Source of the DNA: Macrostomum lignano
Taxonomy: Eukaryota
Length of the DNA: 64,000 nt
Assembly (NCBI GenBank): GCA_002269645.1
Contig: NIVC01002321.1
Coordinates: 62,001 to 126,000 of the forward strand
Direction of reading: 5' to 3'
Numbering within the stretch: position 1 is the first letter of the stretch; every line of letters starts with the position of its first letter. Shown piece after piece: positions 42,054-60,300 of this stretch. The position numbers and the translations under genes were made by a program. The notes below the pieces were generated by a model, which was given only the letters and a program-made list of their open reading frames with translations, did not search any database and was not told the origin of the DNA.

Positions 42054-42920
42054 TACTGACATCAAAAATCAAGTGACAATAAAAAATGTCAGACATGAAA
42101 GAAGTGTCATGTAAAAATTAAATGAGGCTATTGTGCTGTGCTGGGGAGACTTACTGAGATGTCAAGGCTCACGGAGAATAACTGAGATTACGGGGGGGGG
42201 GTTTCTGAGATGTCAAAGCAAAAGTCAGAAGCTACTTCAAAGTACATGTACTTTACTCAATTTTTATTACATTCTTTGTTGGCTCGCCACGGGGGGGGGC
42301 GCTGATAGAAGAAGAGTCATGTAAAAAAGAAAAGAAGCACTTTGTATACATAAAAGAAAAGTCATGTCGAAGTTAAAAGATTCATTTGGGAATTGCTACA
42401 ACGTCAAGGCTTGGAGGGAATTGATATAGTGCTGTGATTCTTGAAGAAAGAATCACTAAATTGTCAAGGCTTAGGAGAGAAGAATTGCTGAGATTTCAAG
42501 GCTTTTATAGGTTGGGTTAAAGTTAGGTTTAGGTCGGGTTTGGGTTGAGGGTTAGATTTTAGCGGGTTTCAAGGTTAACAGGGGATTTTTCAGATATCAA
42601 GGTTTATGGGGGGATTGCTGACATGTCAAGGCTTACAGGGGAATAGCTGAGATGTCAAGGCTCATGGGGGAATAAATGAGATGTCAAGGCTAAAGTCAGA
42701 AGCTACATGTAGTTTATTGAAAACTTTTTTTCATTATTTGTTGGCTCCTCACGGGAGGGATCGCTGATAGAAAAAGCGTAATGTAAAAAATAAAAGAAGC
42801 TTCATGTCGAAGTTAGGAGATTCATTTGGGAATCCCTACGATGTCGAGGCTTGCAGGGAATCGCTATAATGCTGTAGTGCTATAATGACTGTTAGAGAGA
42901 ATTACTGAAATGTCAATGCT

Positions 42921-42991
42921 TTAGGGTTAGGGTTAGGGTTAGGGTTAGGGTTAGGGTTAGGGTTAGGGTTAGGGTTAGGGCTAGGGTTAGG
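42921..42991 (+). repeat. Interstitial telomeric repeat (TTAGGG)10 plus CTAGGG and TTAGG
   Basis: Direct reading. Confidence 0.97.
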
Positions 42992-43899
42992 CAAACCAGG
43001 CAAACCAAACCCTAAATGCAAACCAGGAACGGCGTGCCATAAAACAGCTTGCAGTCCTCGTGGCGCCGACTCGAAAGTGGGATTCTATGGCAACGGTTCT
43101 CAGCAGCGACCTTGCATGCATGCGCCATATAGAGACGATTTGATCTTGTTTTACTTTCCCAATGTATTTTGCTGCCACATGCATCAACCACAACACTTAA
43201 TAATAAAAGACACTTGACAGTCCTCGTAGCGCCAACTCAAAAGTGAGATTTCAGCGCGTCGGTTCCTCTCACATTAATTGGGTAGCGCCAATAAAATGCA
43301 AAGTAGATGGGGCAATTACATGTATATATTTTTGTCTTTGCACTAAAAAGGCAAACGTGCATGCTGATGCTCCAGAGAGCTGTCAACTAATTGACACTGT
43401 TCCGTTTGAAACTAACCATCCAGTGCTGATTCGATCTTTTGTGGATCGTTGGATAAATCTGTGAGAGAGACGCTATTGTACAACAATCAGACGCTCGTAT
43501 ACATTTGTATATGTACATGTATATGGGGGAGCAATTTTACACTGATAACAACGTCATTATACATCGGCTGAACGTCATCGGTGTATTTTAAAAGTACATA
43601 TCTGTCACCGACGCCGATGTTTTTGCTCGTTGGAAAGGAAAATTTTAAATTGGAGGACCAATTATACATCCCAGTGGCAAAGCCGAGCTTGGTCCAAGCT
43701 CGGGCCAACGTCGGCCACTCGGCATGCCATTCGATCGGCATGGTAGTTTATAGTGTGCAATGACAATGTACGACGTCGTCGATATTGATGTCGCAACACT
43801 CGTATTTCCAGGAAAAAAATTATGTAGACATTTTCGATAGGAAGATATACAATCTTAAAATTCAATATCCATGTCTGCGACTGATGTAATATTGCTTTT

Positions 43900-44460
43900 T
43901 TGTTTCCTATATCCAGATAAGCTAGCCACTAGGTGCTGTAGCCTAGCTGTGCAGGTTAGAGCAACGGACTTCATGACTTGAAGGTTCGAGAGAGCTTCGA
44001 TTCGCGATATCCCACTCGGAACAATTTGTGCCCCCGTGACGTAATTCCCGGGCTGCATGAAAACACGTCATCTTCTACCCCTATGGGCTCTGGCGCTGAA
44101 AGGTACAGCCACAAGGCCTCGTCCCCTAGATCGATCGACTTTGTCCGCCTCTGGATGGTGCGGTAGCTGACGTTGCTTGCAGCCAAGATCCCATTATCTC
44201 AGCAGGTCCGGGAGGTCCGGGTTGTTTGAAGGTACACGCTAGAGGCGCGGCCGCCACAAGTCACCTGTGCAGGAGTACACCCCATTAAAACTCCCACTAA
44301 GGAGACGGGACTCCTGCATGGTCTGTAGCAGACGAAGGTTCTTGACCCCAACTGTACTAGAAACGGCTGATTAAGGGACTCTATGCGAGGCATACAAGGA
44401 CAGTCCAGAGTCAGTGCTGGAAACGAATACTTTTGCATTGGGGGATCTTTTAGATGGTGA
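43900..44460 (-). mobile_element. Possible highly decayed CR1/L2-like LINE 3' fragment
   Basis: Fragments LISRF*YS and GITSRGHKLF resemble the RT C-terminal LIRSRLEY and TRGH.LKL motifs; many stops. Confidence 0.3.
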
Positions 44461-44911
44461 GAACGATTTTAGACTATGATTCCCTCCTAAGCCCTAGGTA
44501 GGATCCAAAGGGTTGATATAATAGGTAACGCCATTTTAATGTCTTTCCTCCCAGATGGGTTCGAGATGCTGCAGAGCATGGCGAACTGCAGGTTCCAGCT
44601 AGAGCTCTCTCGTGATGCGCATCCTACGGCGAATTTTTTTTAGAAATATTGCTACTGCTATGATTATTTTGTTGAATTCGGCTCGTACTCAGTGATCTTG
44701 ACGTACATGTAATTGACATAAATCAATATTTGAGACATAGGCTCATAAAATTTATTGGTGATTAAATATTTGGAATCATTCGGGATACTACGAAACTGTT
44801 CAAATTTTTTAATAAATATATCCAACACTCCAACACCAAATATTATAACGGCAATTTATGTTTGTCTATTTACTTCGTCCCAATGACTCAATTCATCTTC
44901 TCGACGCAGAC

Positions 44912-50222
<5,311 letters not shown>

Positions 50223-51554
50223 TTTCGCAGTTGTGTTTCAATTCAGAGAAAGTTTCAGGCAAAGCAAAATTATTTTTATAATCCAGCTATAGCCAAGTCA
50301 GACTGCGGTCAGCAACAACAGCTGTTGCGAGTACGCCAATTTGTACCTCGCATGTGCGCAGTTGCTGAGCGGGCGACTCCTCGCCTGTCTTATAAGGGTT
50401 AGAAATTTGAAAGAGAATTTGACAGCTCCATGCAAGAGCCCACCGGAGGAGAAAATAGAAATGAGACGCCCCTTCGAGCCAGCCACTCAGCCATTCAACA
50501 GTCGTTTTTAAGCGCTTGAATGTCTAAGCCCCGAGTGCGCGCATCGCAAGCCATTTTTCCGCCCATCGAACTACCAAAGGGGGGAGATTGGAGTTTGCGC
50601 ATCAAGTCTCAAACAAGAATCAAGTCGTCAGCCCTCCGGACCGTCAAGATATTCGACGATTCTACCAAAAGGTCGGACTTTTCGCATAAGCGCCAGTGTA
50701 TTCAATGCACCCCTGTGCGCCAATTAGCACTGCGCCTCAGTGCAGCCTTGCCAAGCCTCCAAAATTCGTTTGTCACTGGTCTTTACCCAGACGAAGCTTC
50801 TGGACCTTCAACAGGTGGCACCAAGTGACCATGGACACACGCTGTTGCGTCGAATTTCTCCTTTCTCGCTGATCAAGCCTCGACAGTGGGCAAGCCTCAA
50901 CTGCTGGACATCCTCACAGTCACTTTCTACTATCAAGGATGTGACAGTTACAATGGCTCTTGCCGAAGGCGCTACTTCCAAGTTTGTCGTGCACTTCCTG
51001 TGCCCATAGCGCTGGAAACCGTCGTGAAACCTGAGCTGGACCGGGCTGCAAACAGTAAACGAACCCGTTGACGGTCCGGATGATGATGAAACTTTCCGGG
51101 CCGGTGATTCACGTGATCCGGAGCCTGTTGTGGTTGCGCAACCTCCACGACGAAGCTGGCGCCAGAAGCGCTCGTTTCCCTGATTCCTGAAGGCGCCTAA
51201 GTACTGTCTGAAAGTGTTCCTTACTGTTCTTACTGTCTGATGGCCTTAAAGACAGAAGTAAGAACAAACCCTCGCCCCCCCCCCCAAGAAAAGCCAACAT
51301 CGAATTTAACCACCGGCCCAGTAGTATTTAGACAGCTCCTAAAAGTTGTAAAACGTTAATTCAAGTTGGACAGTCATCATTCTATTAAGACAGCATAAAA
51401 ATTTATCTCCGTAACACTCTTTTTATACTTCCTTGAATTAAAAGCAGCAAAAATATATACCATCGACCAAAGACGTTTCTGAAAATTCTTATCTACATGT
51501 ATTGAAAAGGCCAAAATGAGATAGGATGAAAAAATTGCAAAGAGATAAGGCTGC

Positions 51555-52386
51555 GAGGCTGACCCAGCAACTGAAGATCTGGGTGGCTGGCCCAGCAACT
51601 GAGGATCTGGGTGGCTGGCCCAGCAACTGAGGATCTGGGAGGCTGACCCAGCAACTGAGGATCTGGGAGGCTGGCTCAGCAACTGAGGATCTGGGAGGCT
51701 GGCCCAGCAACTGCATGAGGATCTGGGAGGCTGGCCCAGCAACTGAGGATCTGGGAGGCTGGCCCAGTAACTGACACCCTGGGATGCTGGCCCAGCAACT
51801 GAGGATCTGGGAGGCTGGCCCAGCAACTCATGAGGATCTGGGAGGCTGGCCCAGCAACTCATGAGGATCTGGGAGGCTGGCCCAGCAACTGAGGATCTGG
51901 GAGGCTGGCCCAGCAACTGCATGAGGATCTGGGAGGCTGGCCCAGCAACTGAGGATCTGGGAGGCTGGCCCAGTAACTGACACCCTGGGATGCTGGCCCA
52001 GCAACTGAGGATCTGGGAGGCTGGCCCAGCAACTCATGAGGATCTGGGAGGCTGACCCAGCAACTGAAGATCTATGGCTGGCCCAGCAACTGCATGAGGA
52101 TCTGGGAGGCTGGCCCAGCAACTGAGGATCTGGGAGGCTGACCCAGCAACTGAGGATCTGGGAGGCTGGCTCAGCAACTGAGGATCTGGGAGGCTGGCTC
52201 AGCAACTGAGGATCTGGGAGGCTGGCCCAGCAACTGCATGAGGATCTGGGAGGCTGGCCCAGCAACTGAGGATCTGGGAGGCTGGCCCAGTAACTGACAC
52301 CCTGGGATGCTGGCCCAGCAACTGAGGATCTGGGAGGCTGGCCCAGCAACTGAGGATCTGGGAGGCTGGCCCAGCAACTGAGGATC
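51555..52386. repeat. ~28-bp minisatellite GAGGATCTGGGAGGCTGGCCCAGCAACT
   Basis: Direct tandem copies. Confidence 0.96.
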
Positions 52387-52499
52387 TTGCGGATCACTTG
52401 GTACATGTTTGTATAAGGATATGAGGAGAAGGCTATCAGAAGTAATCATCACGGAAAATCGAGGAACACGTGGGCGTTAGCGGGGTGGGGGAGAAGTAC

Positions 52500-52900
52500 T
52501 TGAGCACTTGCAGCCGCGGTGTTACATTAGAGGTGATTCATCAGGTGAGCAAGAGCAAAAGCAACCTGATACAAGTGAGAGATAAAGCAGACGAGATAAA
52601 TTCGATAATTTACTCCAAGGTAGATATGGTCGATGATCCAGGTTCTCGGGCACCAATGTCGGTCGCTATTGAAGTCGCCGCGAATTTCCAGGGGTGTGAT
52701 AACTGATAATTGTGAACTTTTCTGTGTCAAGGTTGAGATCTCCGAAAATAGATCAATCGCCTGGGAGCCACACCTTCGTATCACCTTTCATCCGTGCCGA
52801 CCACGACAGTTTGGGCGTGTCGCTGGCTTGGTACGAAGCACACTCCCAGGAAGGGGTGTGAAATTCTAGAAGTGGGGTTAGCCAGCTTTACTGGTGGACG
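52500..52900 (-). mobile_element. Possible decayed LINE APE-endonuclease fragment
   Basis: Minus-strand frame has GDFN and IIDHIY motifs, but abnormally close together. Confidence 0.3.
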
Positions 52901-52916
52901 CGCTTTCAGAATCAAT

Positions 52917-53106
<190 letters not shown>

Positions 53107-53313
53107 TTAACTATCCATATCTCAGCATCGCAAATTCGCCCACGCCCAGTTCACACCTCAGTAAATTTGAAACTTGAACCCTCTGTCAGGCAGCCCGTCA
53201 CGCACCCCAGCATGGCTCCAAGTTTTTTTTGGGCGTCAGACAGGTGATTCGCTCCACCTCTTCAGTCAGCCACAAATCCCGGCTGGCAGGCGATAAAACT
53301 ACTGCTAATTCGG

Positions 53314-53320
53314 TATAAAA
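53314..53320 (+). promoter_or_regulatory. Candidate TATA box of the opsin gene
   Basis: TATAAAA about 120 nt upstream of the ATG at 53436. Confidence 0.5.
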
Positions 53321-53435
53321 GCGTCGCGAGAAGCTTTCGTCAGCAAGCTGGCAGCTCAGCGCACAGCCTCCAGGAAGCTGAGCAGCCAATGTGAGCTCAA
53401 TAATCATATCGTTTAGCTCTGATTGCTTCATCAGC

Positions 53436-56400
53436 ATGGCCTTAGTAGAGATGACACCGTCGACTATGTCGTGGAGCAACGCCACGACAACGGAGACGCG
53501 GTACTGGGCCTGGGACCCGGAGTTCGAGGCCCTCATCCATCCGTTCTGGCGTCAGTTTCCGCCAGTTCCAGAGCTGCATCATTATCTGGTTGGGATTTAC
53601 ATCAGCGTAGTTGGGATTATTGGCGATGTGGGCAACCTGCTGGTCCTGTTCATCTTTGTCACGTGAGTCATATTGGCTAGATTAGCAGTCCATTCTGTCC
53701 CTTTAACTATGAAGACTAGATTAGCAATCCACGTAGACGAGACATGCAAATATTCCCAATTGCAGCACGAAGGCTCTGCGAACGCCGCCAAATATTTTTC
53801 TGGTGAATCTGGCCATCTCGGACCTGTCTTTCTCCGTCATCATGGGCTTCCCATTGCTGACAATATCGAGTTTTAACGGTCGCTGGGCTTGGGGACGATT
53901 GGGTATATAAACTTTTCTCTTACTAATAGTAATATAATGCTATAGTAATATATTTCTTTTTCTTTTGAAATCAATTATTCTTAAATTTCCAACTTTCTGC
54001 TTTTACAAGCGTCTGGTATTAGCAGTATAAATTGGACATAAGTCGCAAACCAATAATAATTATCGTTTTTACAGCCTGCGAACTCTACGGCTTCTTTGGC
54101 GGTGTACTGGGCTTCGTGTCTATTCACACACTGGCCCTCATCTCCATGGACCGTTATTTCGTCATCGCCCAACCGTTTGAAGCGCTTAAGCGCCTTACAT
54201 ATACCCGGGCCATTGTGATGGTGTTCTTCGCTTGGTCGCTGGCTCTGCTCTGGGCTATTCCACCTTTCTTTGGCTACGGTAAGAATCGATTTTAAATGAA
54301 TGAAAAAAGTTAAATAATGGATAAATGACTTTCAGGATGCCAAACCTTCGGTTTGTGTACATTGTAAGGCTTGCGTACATTTGATTTTAGCAATTCCAAA
54401 CACATGTTTCTTATCTTTTGTCTTTCCTTTGCTGATTTGATTTCCGCAAAATAATGTACGTTCGCTGATAGTGTACGCTTGATTTCGTGACTCTCCAAAC
54501 CCCGCCTCACGCCTCGCCCCAACCCCCCAACCCAACACTTCTCTATCCCTGCACAGTCCTCTCTCTGATTACTGCCAACTATCTACATTCGCTGTGAGTG
54601 TACGCTTGGTTTGAAGAATCTCCGCACCCCGCCTCACGCCGCGCCCCAACCCCCCAACCCAACACTTCTCTATCCCTGCACAGTCCTCTCTCTGATTACT
54701 GCCAACTATCTACATTCGCTGTGAGTGTACGCTTGGTTTGAAGAATCTCCGCACCCCGCCTCACGCCGCGCCCCAACCCCCCAACCCAACACTTCTCTAT
54801 CCCTGCACAGTCCTCTCTCTGATTACTGCCAACTATCTACATTCGCTGTGAGTGTACGCTTGGTTTGAAGAATCTTCGCACCCCGCCTCACGCCGCGCCC
54901 CAACCCCCCTCCCATTCTTCTCTGCCTTTCTGATTAACTGCCAAATATGTACATTGAGGACTGATGCGCACATGTAGACAGCAGATTACTCTCGTACAAA
55001 ACCCCCACCTCACGCCGTGTTCTACGAGTACATCACTCATCGATTTCTATTCTCTTGCAAAGTTTTTTACGCTTGAATAGGGTATGAAAAGTACACTTCC
55101 TGTCAATCTATAATTACATCGATTACTTGTATTTTCCAGGCTACTTCGTACCGGAAGGCTTCCAGACGTCCTGCACCTTTGACTACCTCAGTCAGGACAA
55201 GGGCAATCTTATTTTCAACGGCCTGATGTACTCCTGCGGCTTTGTACTGCCTTTGTCGATTATCTTCTTTTGCTACTACAAAATCGTACGCGCTGTTCGA
55301 TCTCACGAGCTGGAGCTGATCAAGATGGCCACGAAGATGGGCGGTCACAGCATGAAGTCGGGTATGTCAGTCAGTAGTTACATGTGCTTTCCGTTCCTTT
55401 CGTGTTACACCAACTTTGAAGTTGCCAGCACCCGGATAAGTAGTACACAGGCACGCGGTCACTCAGGGGTGTACATCGCCAGGCAAGGAATTTACATGTA
55501 CACACGCTCTGTACCATGGGTGTTGACCCTCATGGTTCAGAACTGTATGACTAAATGTACCGTATATGCCATTTTCCCTATTATAGGGGCGGCTGGGGCG
55601 CCAATACAGGGTAAATTGGCGTTTGTCTCTTGGTTGGCATCCGTGTCTCTTGGTTGGCGCCCTTGTCTCTTGGTTGGCGCCCCTGTCTCATGGTTGGCGC
55701 CCTTGTCTCTTGGTTGGCGCCCCTATCTCTTGGTTGGCGCCCCTGTCTCTTGGTTGACATCCGTGTCTCTTGGATGGCGCCTTGTCTCTTGGTTGGCGCC
55801 CCTGTCTCATGGTTGGCGCCCCTGTCTCTTGGTTGGCGCCCCTGTCTCATGGTTGGCGCCCCTGTCTCATGGTTGGCGCCCCTGTCTCATGGTTGGCGCC
55901 CCTGTCTCTTGGTTGGCGCCCTGTCTCTTGGTTGGCGCCCCTGTCTCTTGGTTGACATCCGTGTCTCTTGGTTGGCGCCCTTGTCTCTTGGTTGGCGCCC
56001 CTGTCTCATGATTGGCGCCCCTGTCTCTTGGTTGGCGCCCCTGTCTCTTGATTGGCGCCCCTGTCTCTGGTTGGCGCCCTTGTCTCTTGGTTGGCGCCCC
56101 TGTCTCTTGGTTGGCGCCCCTGTCTTTTGGTTGGCGCCCCTGTCTCTTGGTTGGCGCCCCTGTCTCTTGGGCCAGTGGATGTCACGTCTAAGAGGTGTAA
56201 AAGTTGAGCTGCTGTCATTCCCTGCGCCCTGGGTGGTTCTTTCCGCATCAGCATCCGCATCAGCATCCGCATCACTCAATTCCACAGCCGATCAGAAAAG
56301 TGACTTGAAGACAGCCAAGATCGCCCTGATCACGATCTCGCTGTACCTGCTGAGCTGGACTCCCTACGCCACCGTTGCCTTCCTGTCTCTTATTGGCAAA

Positions 56401-56934
56401 CGCGACCACCTGAACCAGTACACCTCGGAGCTGCCGGTTCTGGCGGCCAAGACCTCGGCGATCTACAATCCGATCATCTACTCGCTCAGCCATCCGAAAT
56501 TTCGAGCCGTGCTGGAAAAGAAATTCCCTTGGCTGCTTTGCTGCTGCCCGCCGAAAGCTAAGGTAAAATAATGATTGCGCTTTAAAATTTTTCCCATTTG
56601 ATTCTTATGCTTCGAACTCTGATCTTTCCAACACTGATCTCCATTCTTCCCCTCGCTAATCTTCATTCTTCCCCTCTCTGATCCCTATTCTTCCCCTCTC
56701 TGATCCCAATTCTTCCCCTCTCTGATCCCTATTCTTCCCCTCTCTGCTCCCAACTCTCTCTCCCACTTCCAGGAACGTGAGGCCACAAGCAGCGCTGGCA
56801 GCAAATTCTCCCGCCGAGATACCGAGAAAGACAGCGGCTTCCCCAGCCAGCGCGCCCCTGAAGATGGCGCTGCTGCACCGCCAGCCATCACGGAGGGCAA
56901 CGAGAACAAGGGCTACGAAACCGACAGGGTGTGA
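53436..56934 (+). CDS. Rhabdomeric (Gq-coupled) opsin; exons 53436-53662, 53766-53902, 54075-54278, 55140-55361, 56288-56562, 56773-56934; 408 aa
   Basis: IHPFWRQFPP, GN in TM1, LRTPPNIFLVNLAISDL, CELYG, DRY, PEGFQTSCTFDYL (E181-type counterion), retinal lysine in AAKTSAIYNPIIY, the r-opsin HPKF motif and a CCC palmitoylation cluster. Splice phases are consistent. Confidence 0.96.
54471..54910. repeat. 127-bp tandem repeat, ~3.5 copies (opsin intron 3)
   Basis: GTGTACGCTT recurs at 54471, 54598, 54725 and 54852. Confidence 0.95.
55622..56171. repeat. 20-bp minisatellite GTCTCTTGGTTGGCGCCCCT (opsin intron 4)
   Basis: Direct tandem copies. Confidence 0.96.
56665..56752. repeat. 22-bp repeat CTTCCCCTCTCTGATCCCTATT, ~4 copies (opsin intron 5)
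   Basis: Direct reading. Confidence 0.85.
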
Positions 56935-57098
56935 AGATCGGTAAACTTCAAGTGAAAGTTGTTGAAGTAATGATATTACGAATATAAAATTTCTATTATT
57001 CTAAAGGGTTTAAGACCATCGGTGACAATATGACGATCACTATTTTCTACAAACTAAAGTTTCTAAGCCAGAAAGCTTATAGAATAAAGACAGGTTGA

Positions 57099-57291
57099 GC
57101 CATAGACAATACATGTACGCTAATTTCTGCCTGAGAAACTCGATTGAGTGCAAGGGAGACACCCGCTGGGAAAAACTGTAGCGACGACATGGTGACGAAA
57201 TGCGACGACAGACTAGACACGACAGCCTTGTCGATTTTCTATCGATTTACTAAAATAAGTATAATTTGTTCAAGTTCGTGTTGTCTATGGC
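57099..57291. mobile_element. Candidate MITE with 11-bp inverted ends GCCATAGACAA...TTGTCTATGGC
   Basis: Inverted ends at 57099-57109 and 57281-57291; no clear TSD. Confidence 0.45.
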
Positions 57292-59362
57292 CGAACCTAT
57301 CTGTATTGCCTTCTTGGATTTCAACTTAGTGCGAAAAAAACGACGTTAAAAACATCGACCATATATAAGAGAATTGTGAGAGACTTTTTTACAATGAGCT
57401 TCTTGAGATCACGCTTTAAATGCACAGCACTGTTGCACTACAGCTTTTAGTTTTAGAATTGTTTAATGATATAGAATGACAAGCATAGACTTGCTCGTAT
57501 CTATGAAAAAGCATACAGACTGACGAAGTTGAACTATTTGTTACTAAGAGGTATCTTTTTGCACAGTTGCTTTGCACAATCTAGCATATGCACTTTAGAT
57601 TGCATCGTCGATCAAATTTTATTGCCTAGAAACCTCTGTTTAAAAATTATTTACCTTAGCAACGCTTTGGTAGGCAAGCGCGCTAAGGATGAAATATTTT
57701 AAAACAGTTTTTTTCTGATGCTTGAGATTTTTAAGTCAATTAAACTAAGCACTGAATTTTTTTTTATTTCTTTGGCCTGGCAAGTAGAACATTCTAGTCT
57801 TCTATTGTAACAGCTCTATCTATTTCTGGAGTTTATCTTTACTACTTTTATTAAAATTCATAAAGTCACACAACGCTTACGCTTGTAAAAGGATGCACCA
57901 CGATAGAAGTTTTGACACGCTGTGGCATAAGCGCGCTGTCAGACTTAGGCGCGAGAGCGCATTATTTACTCGCTAAGGCACAAGCGCGCACAAGAGGACA
58001 CTTCGTCATCTTACTACTTCGTCATCTACGATACTATTGTGGACACATCGTCATCTACTCCCTGGACACTTCGTCATCCACTTTGTCTGAAAAACTTATT
58101 GAATAGCTGTATGTAACTTCGTCAGCTAAGTTGTATTGAGTAGTCATAAATATAGGTGGCTACACTGAGGATTAACTAACTGATTAACTAACTGATAATT
58201 AATGTGGATTAACTACGACAGGGAAGAGCTGGAGAAGAGAAGAGATCGCGATCAGTACAAAATTGAAATCTACTCGCGGTTTAAATACCATACAAAATCT
58301 TGGAATCATACAGTAAAACAAAAATAATAATGAATTGTAAATTTGCACACCTGAATAGCAAAATTAAATACAACTTAAAAAATAAATAATAATAAATACT
58401 AAAAAATACACTATTCATAAACATAATTAAATCTACATCGTTACAACTCCACACATGGTTGTGGAAGCGAAGCTATAATAAAATTACAATCAACACTTGT
58501 ACACATACAGCGTGCATTTAGATGCCAATTATAGCGAGAAGTTGAATCCCTAAACGTGTATTTAATCCTATATTTTACATACTATTGATTGAGAAACAAT
58601 TTACATGTATAAAAAACAATCGAATAAAAATTTTACAGCTTTGCGAAATCTTGGGATGACGAAGTGTCCTCAAAATTTGGTCACTTCGTGTAGAAAAATT
58701 CTAATCAAAGCTGTAGTGCACAAGGGGTGGTGGGTTAGGGTGTAAACAGAGCTACTTTAGGCACAGTTGACACAATTGTAAGTATGTACACTGTCGATAG
58801 ATACTGCGACTTAAATAAATAAGACAATCTCAGTCTCAGTCCCAGTTGGAGTGTTTGAAACGCAATGGAAAGATAGAGTTAGAAATGGGACAGTCAGCTA
58901 TCGCTGGATATAACACAGGATCCCGCAGCTGCTCTTTTCCTTTTGACTGCTCTTTTTCTTTGACAGATGGTGTTATATCTTTGTTCTAACATGCATGTAA
59001 AGCACTGGTCGAAAGGATTTTAATTCGATTTCCTTCGTACAAATACAATCGACTACTTTGTGACAGACGATGGAGCAACTTGACTGCTTTTATTTATTGC
59101 ATTGCGCCCTTGTGCCAAACTTTGACTGCGCGCTTTTGCAACACAGAGCCAGAAGTGCGCGCTTGTGCCAAACTCTGACAGCGCACTTATGCCAGTGCGG
59201 TCTTGTGATGGTGCGCGCTTATGCCAATGCTGAGCACTTTCTACCGCGCTCTTGTACAAGTCAAAACGTGCGCGCTTATGCCTCTGTGCGCCTGTGCCAG
59301 ACTTTGACATAAAATACACAGGCGCGCTTGTGCTGGTGCGCGCTTATGATGGCGACCCGACA

Positions 59363-59690
59363 GTGGCGGAGTGTACAATGGGGCAGAGAGGCAGTGGCGG
59401 AGTGTACAATGGGGCAGAGAGGCAGTGGCGGAGTGTACAATGGGGCAGAGAGGCAGTGGCGGAGTGAACAATGGGGCAGAGGGGCAGTGGCAGAGTGTAC
59501 AATGGGGCAGAGGGGCAGTGGCGGAGCTTACAATGGGGCAGAGAGGCAGTGGCGGAGTGTACAATGGGGCAGAGAGGCAGTGGCGGAGTGTACAATGGGG
59601 CAGAGAGGCAGTGGCAGAGTGAACAATGGGGCAGAGAGGCAGTGGCAGAGTGAACAATGGGGCCGAGGGGCAACGGAGGAGTGTACAATG
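59363..59690. repeat. 31-bp minisatellite GGGGCAGAGAGGCAGTGGCGGAGTGTACAAT
   Basis: Direct tandem copies. Confidence 0.95.
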
Positions 59691-60044
59691 AGAGTGGAAT
59701 GGAGAAGATGGTTTATTGAGAGGAGTGTGAAATAAATGCGGTGCGCTTTATAGACAGTTTCTTTAGTGCTATCCGCACAAATTTTCATTCATAAGCATAA
59801 AAATAGATTTATTGCAATTCCGATACTAGTGAATAGTAATCAAGCAAGCATTAGTACAGTTTAGTGTAAAAAAAACCATGCATAAAATTGTCGCGCAAAG
59901 CGTGAAGGTTAACGAAAAAAGCAAAGTAAAAATTTATTTCTTTTTATGAAAAAATGAAATTTCGGTTATACACAAACTAAATTGAATGCACTTTTAAGTG
60001 AACTCGAGTTGTAACATAGATTAGTGTACATGTTTAGCATACAC

Positions 60045-60300
60045 AGGGATGTAGAGATATTGTATATGTACACAGCTAGATGCACAGATATTATTGTACA
60101 TGTAGTGCACAGCTAGATGTACAGAGATTATTGTACATGTAGTGCACAACTAGATGTACAGAGATTATTGTACATGTAGTGCACAGCTAGATGTACAGAG
60201 ATTATTGTACATGTAGTACACAGCTAGATGTACAGAGATTATTGTACATGTAGTACACAGCTAGATGTACAGAGATTATTGTACATGTAGTACACAGCTA
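60045..60300. repeat. 37-bp minisatellite TGTACAGAGATTATTGTACATGTAGTGCACAGCTAGA
   Basis: About 6 copies. Confidence 0.92.

Noticed and set aside
42921-42991. True chromosome end
   Set aside because: The tract is only ~70 bp, with genes continuing on both sides.
50520-51071. Two same-frame ORFs separated by one TGA, upstream of TCAF
   Set aside because: No recognisable domain, splice structure or codon style matching the real exons; possibly decayed TE sequence.
53295-53320. RCSI/P3-like photoreceptor element next to the opsin TATA box
   Set aside because: TAATTCGGTAT does not fit TAATYNRATTN and directly abuts the TATA box.
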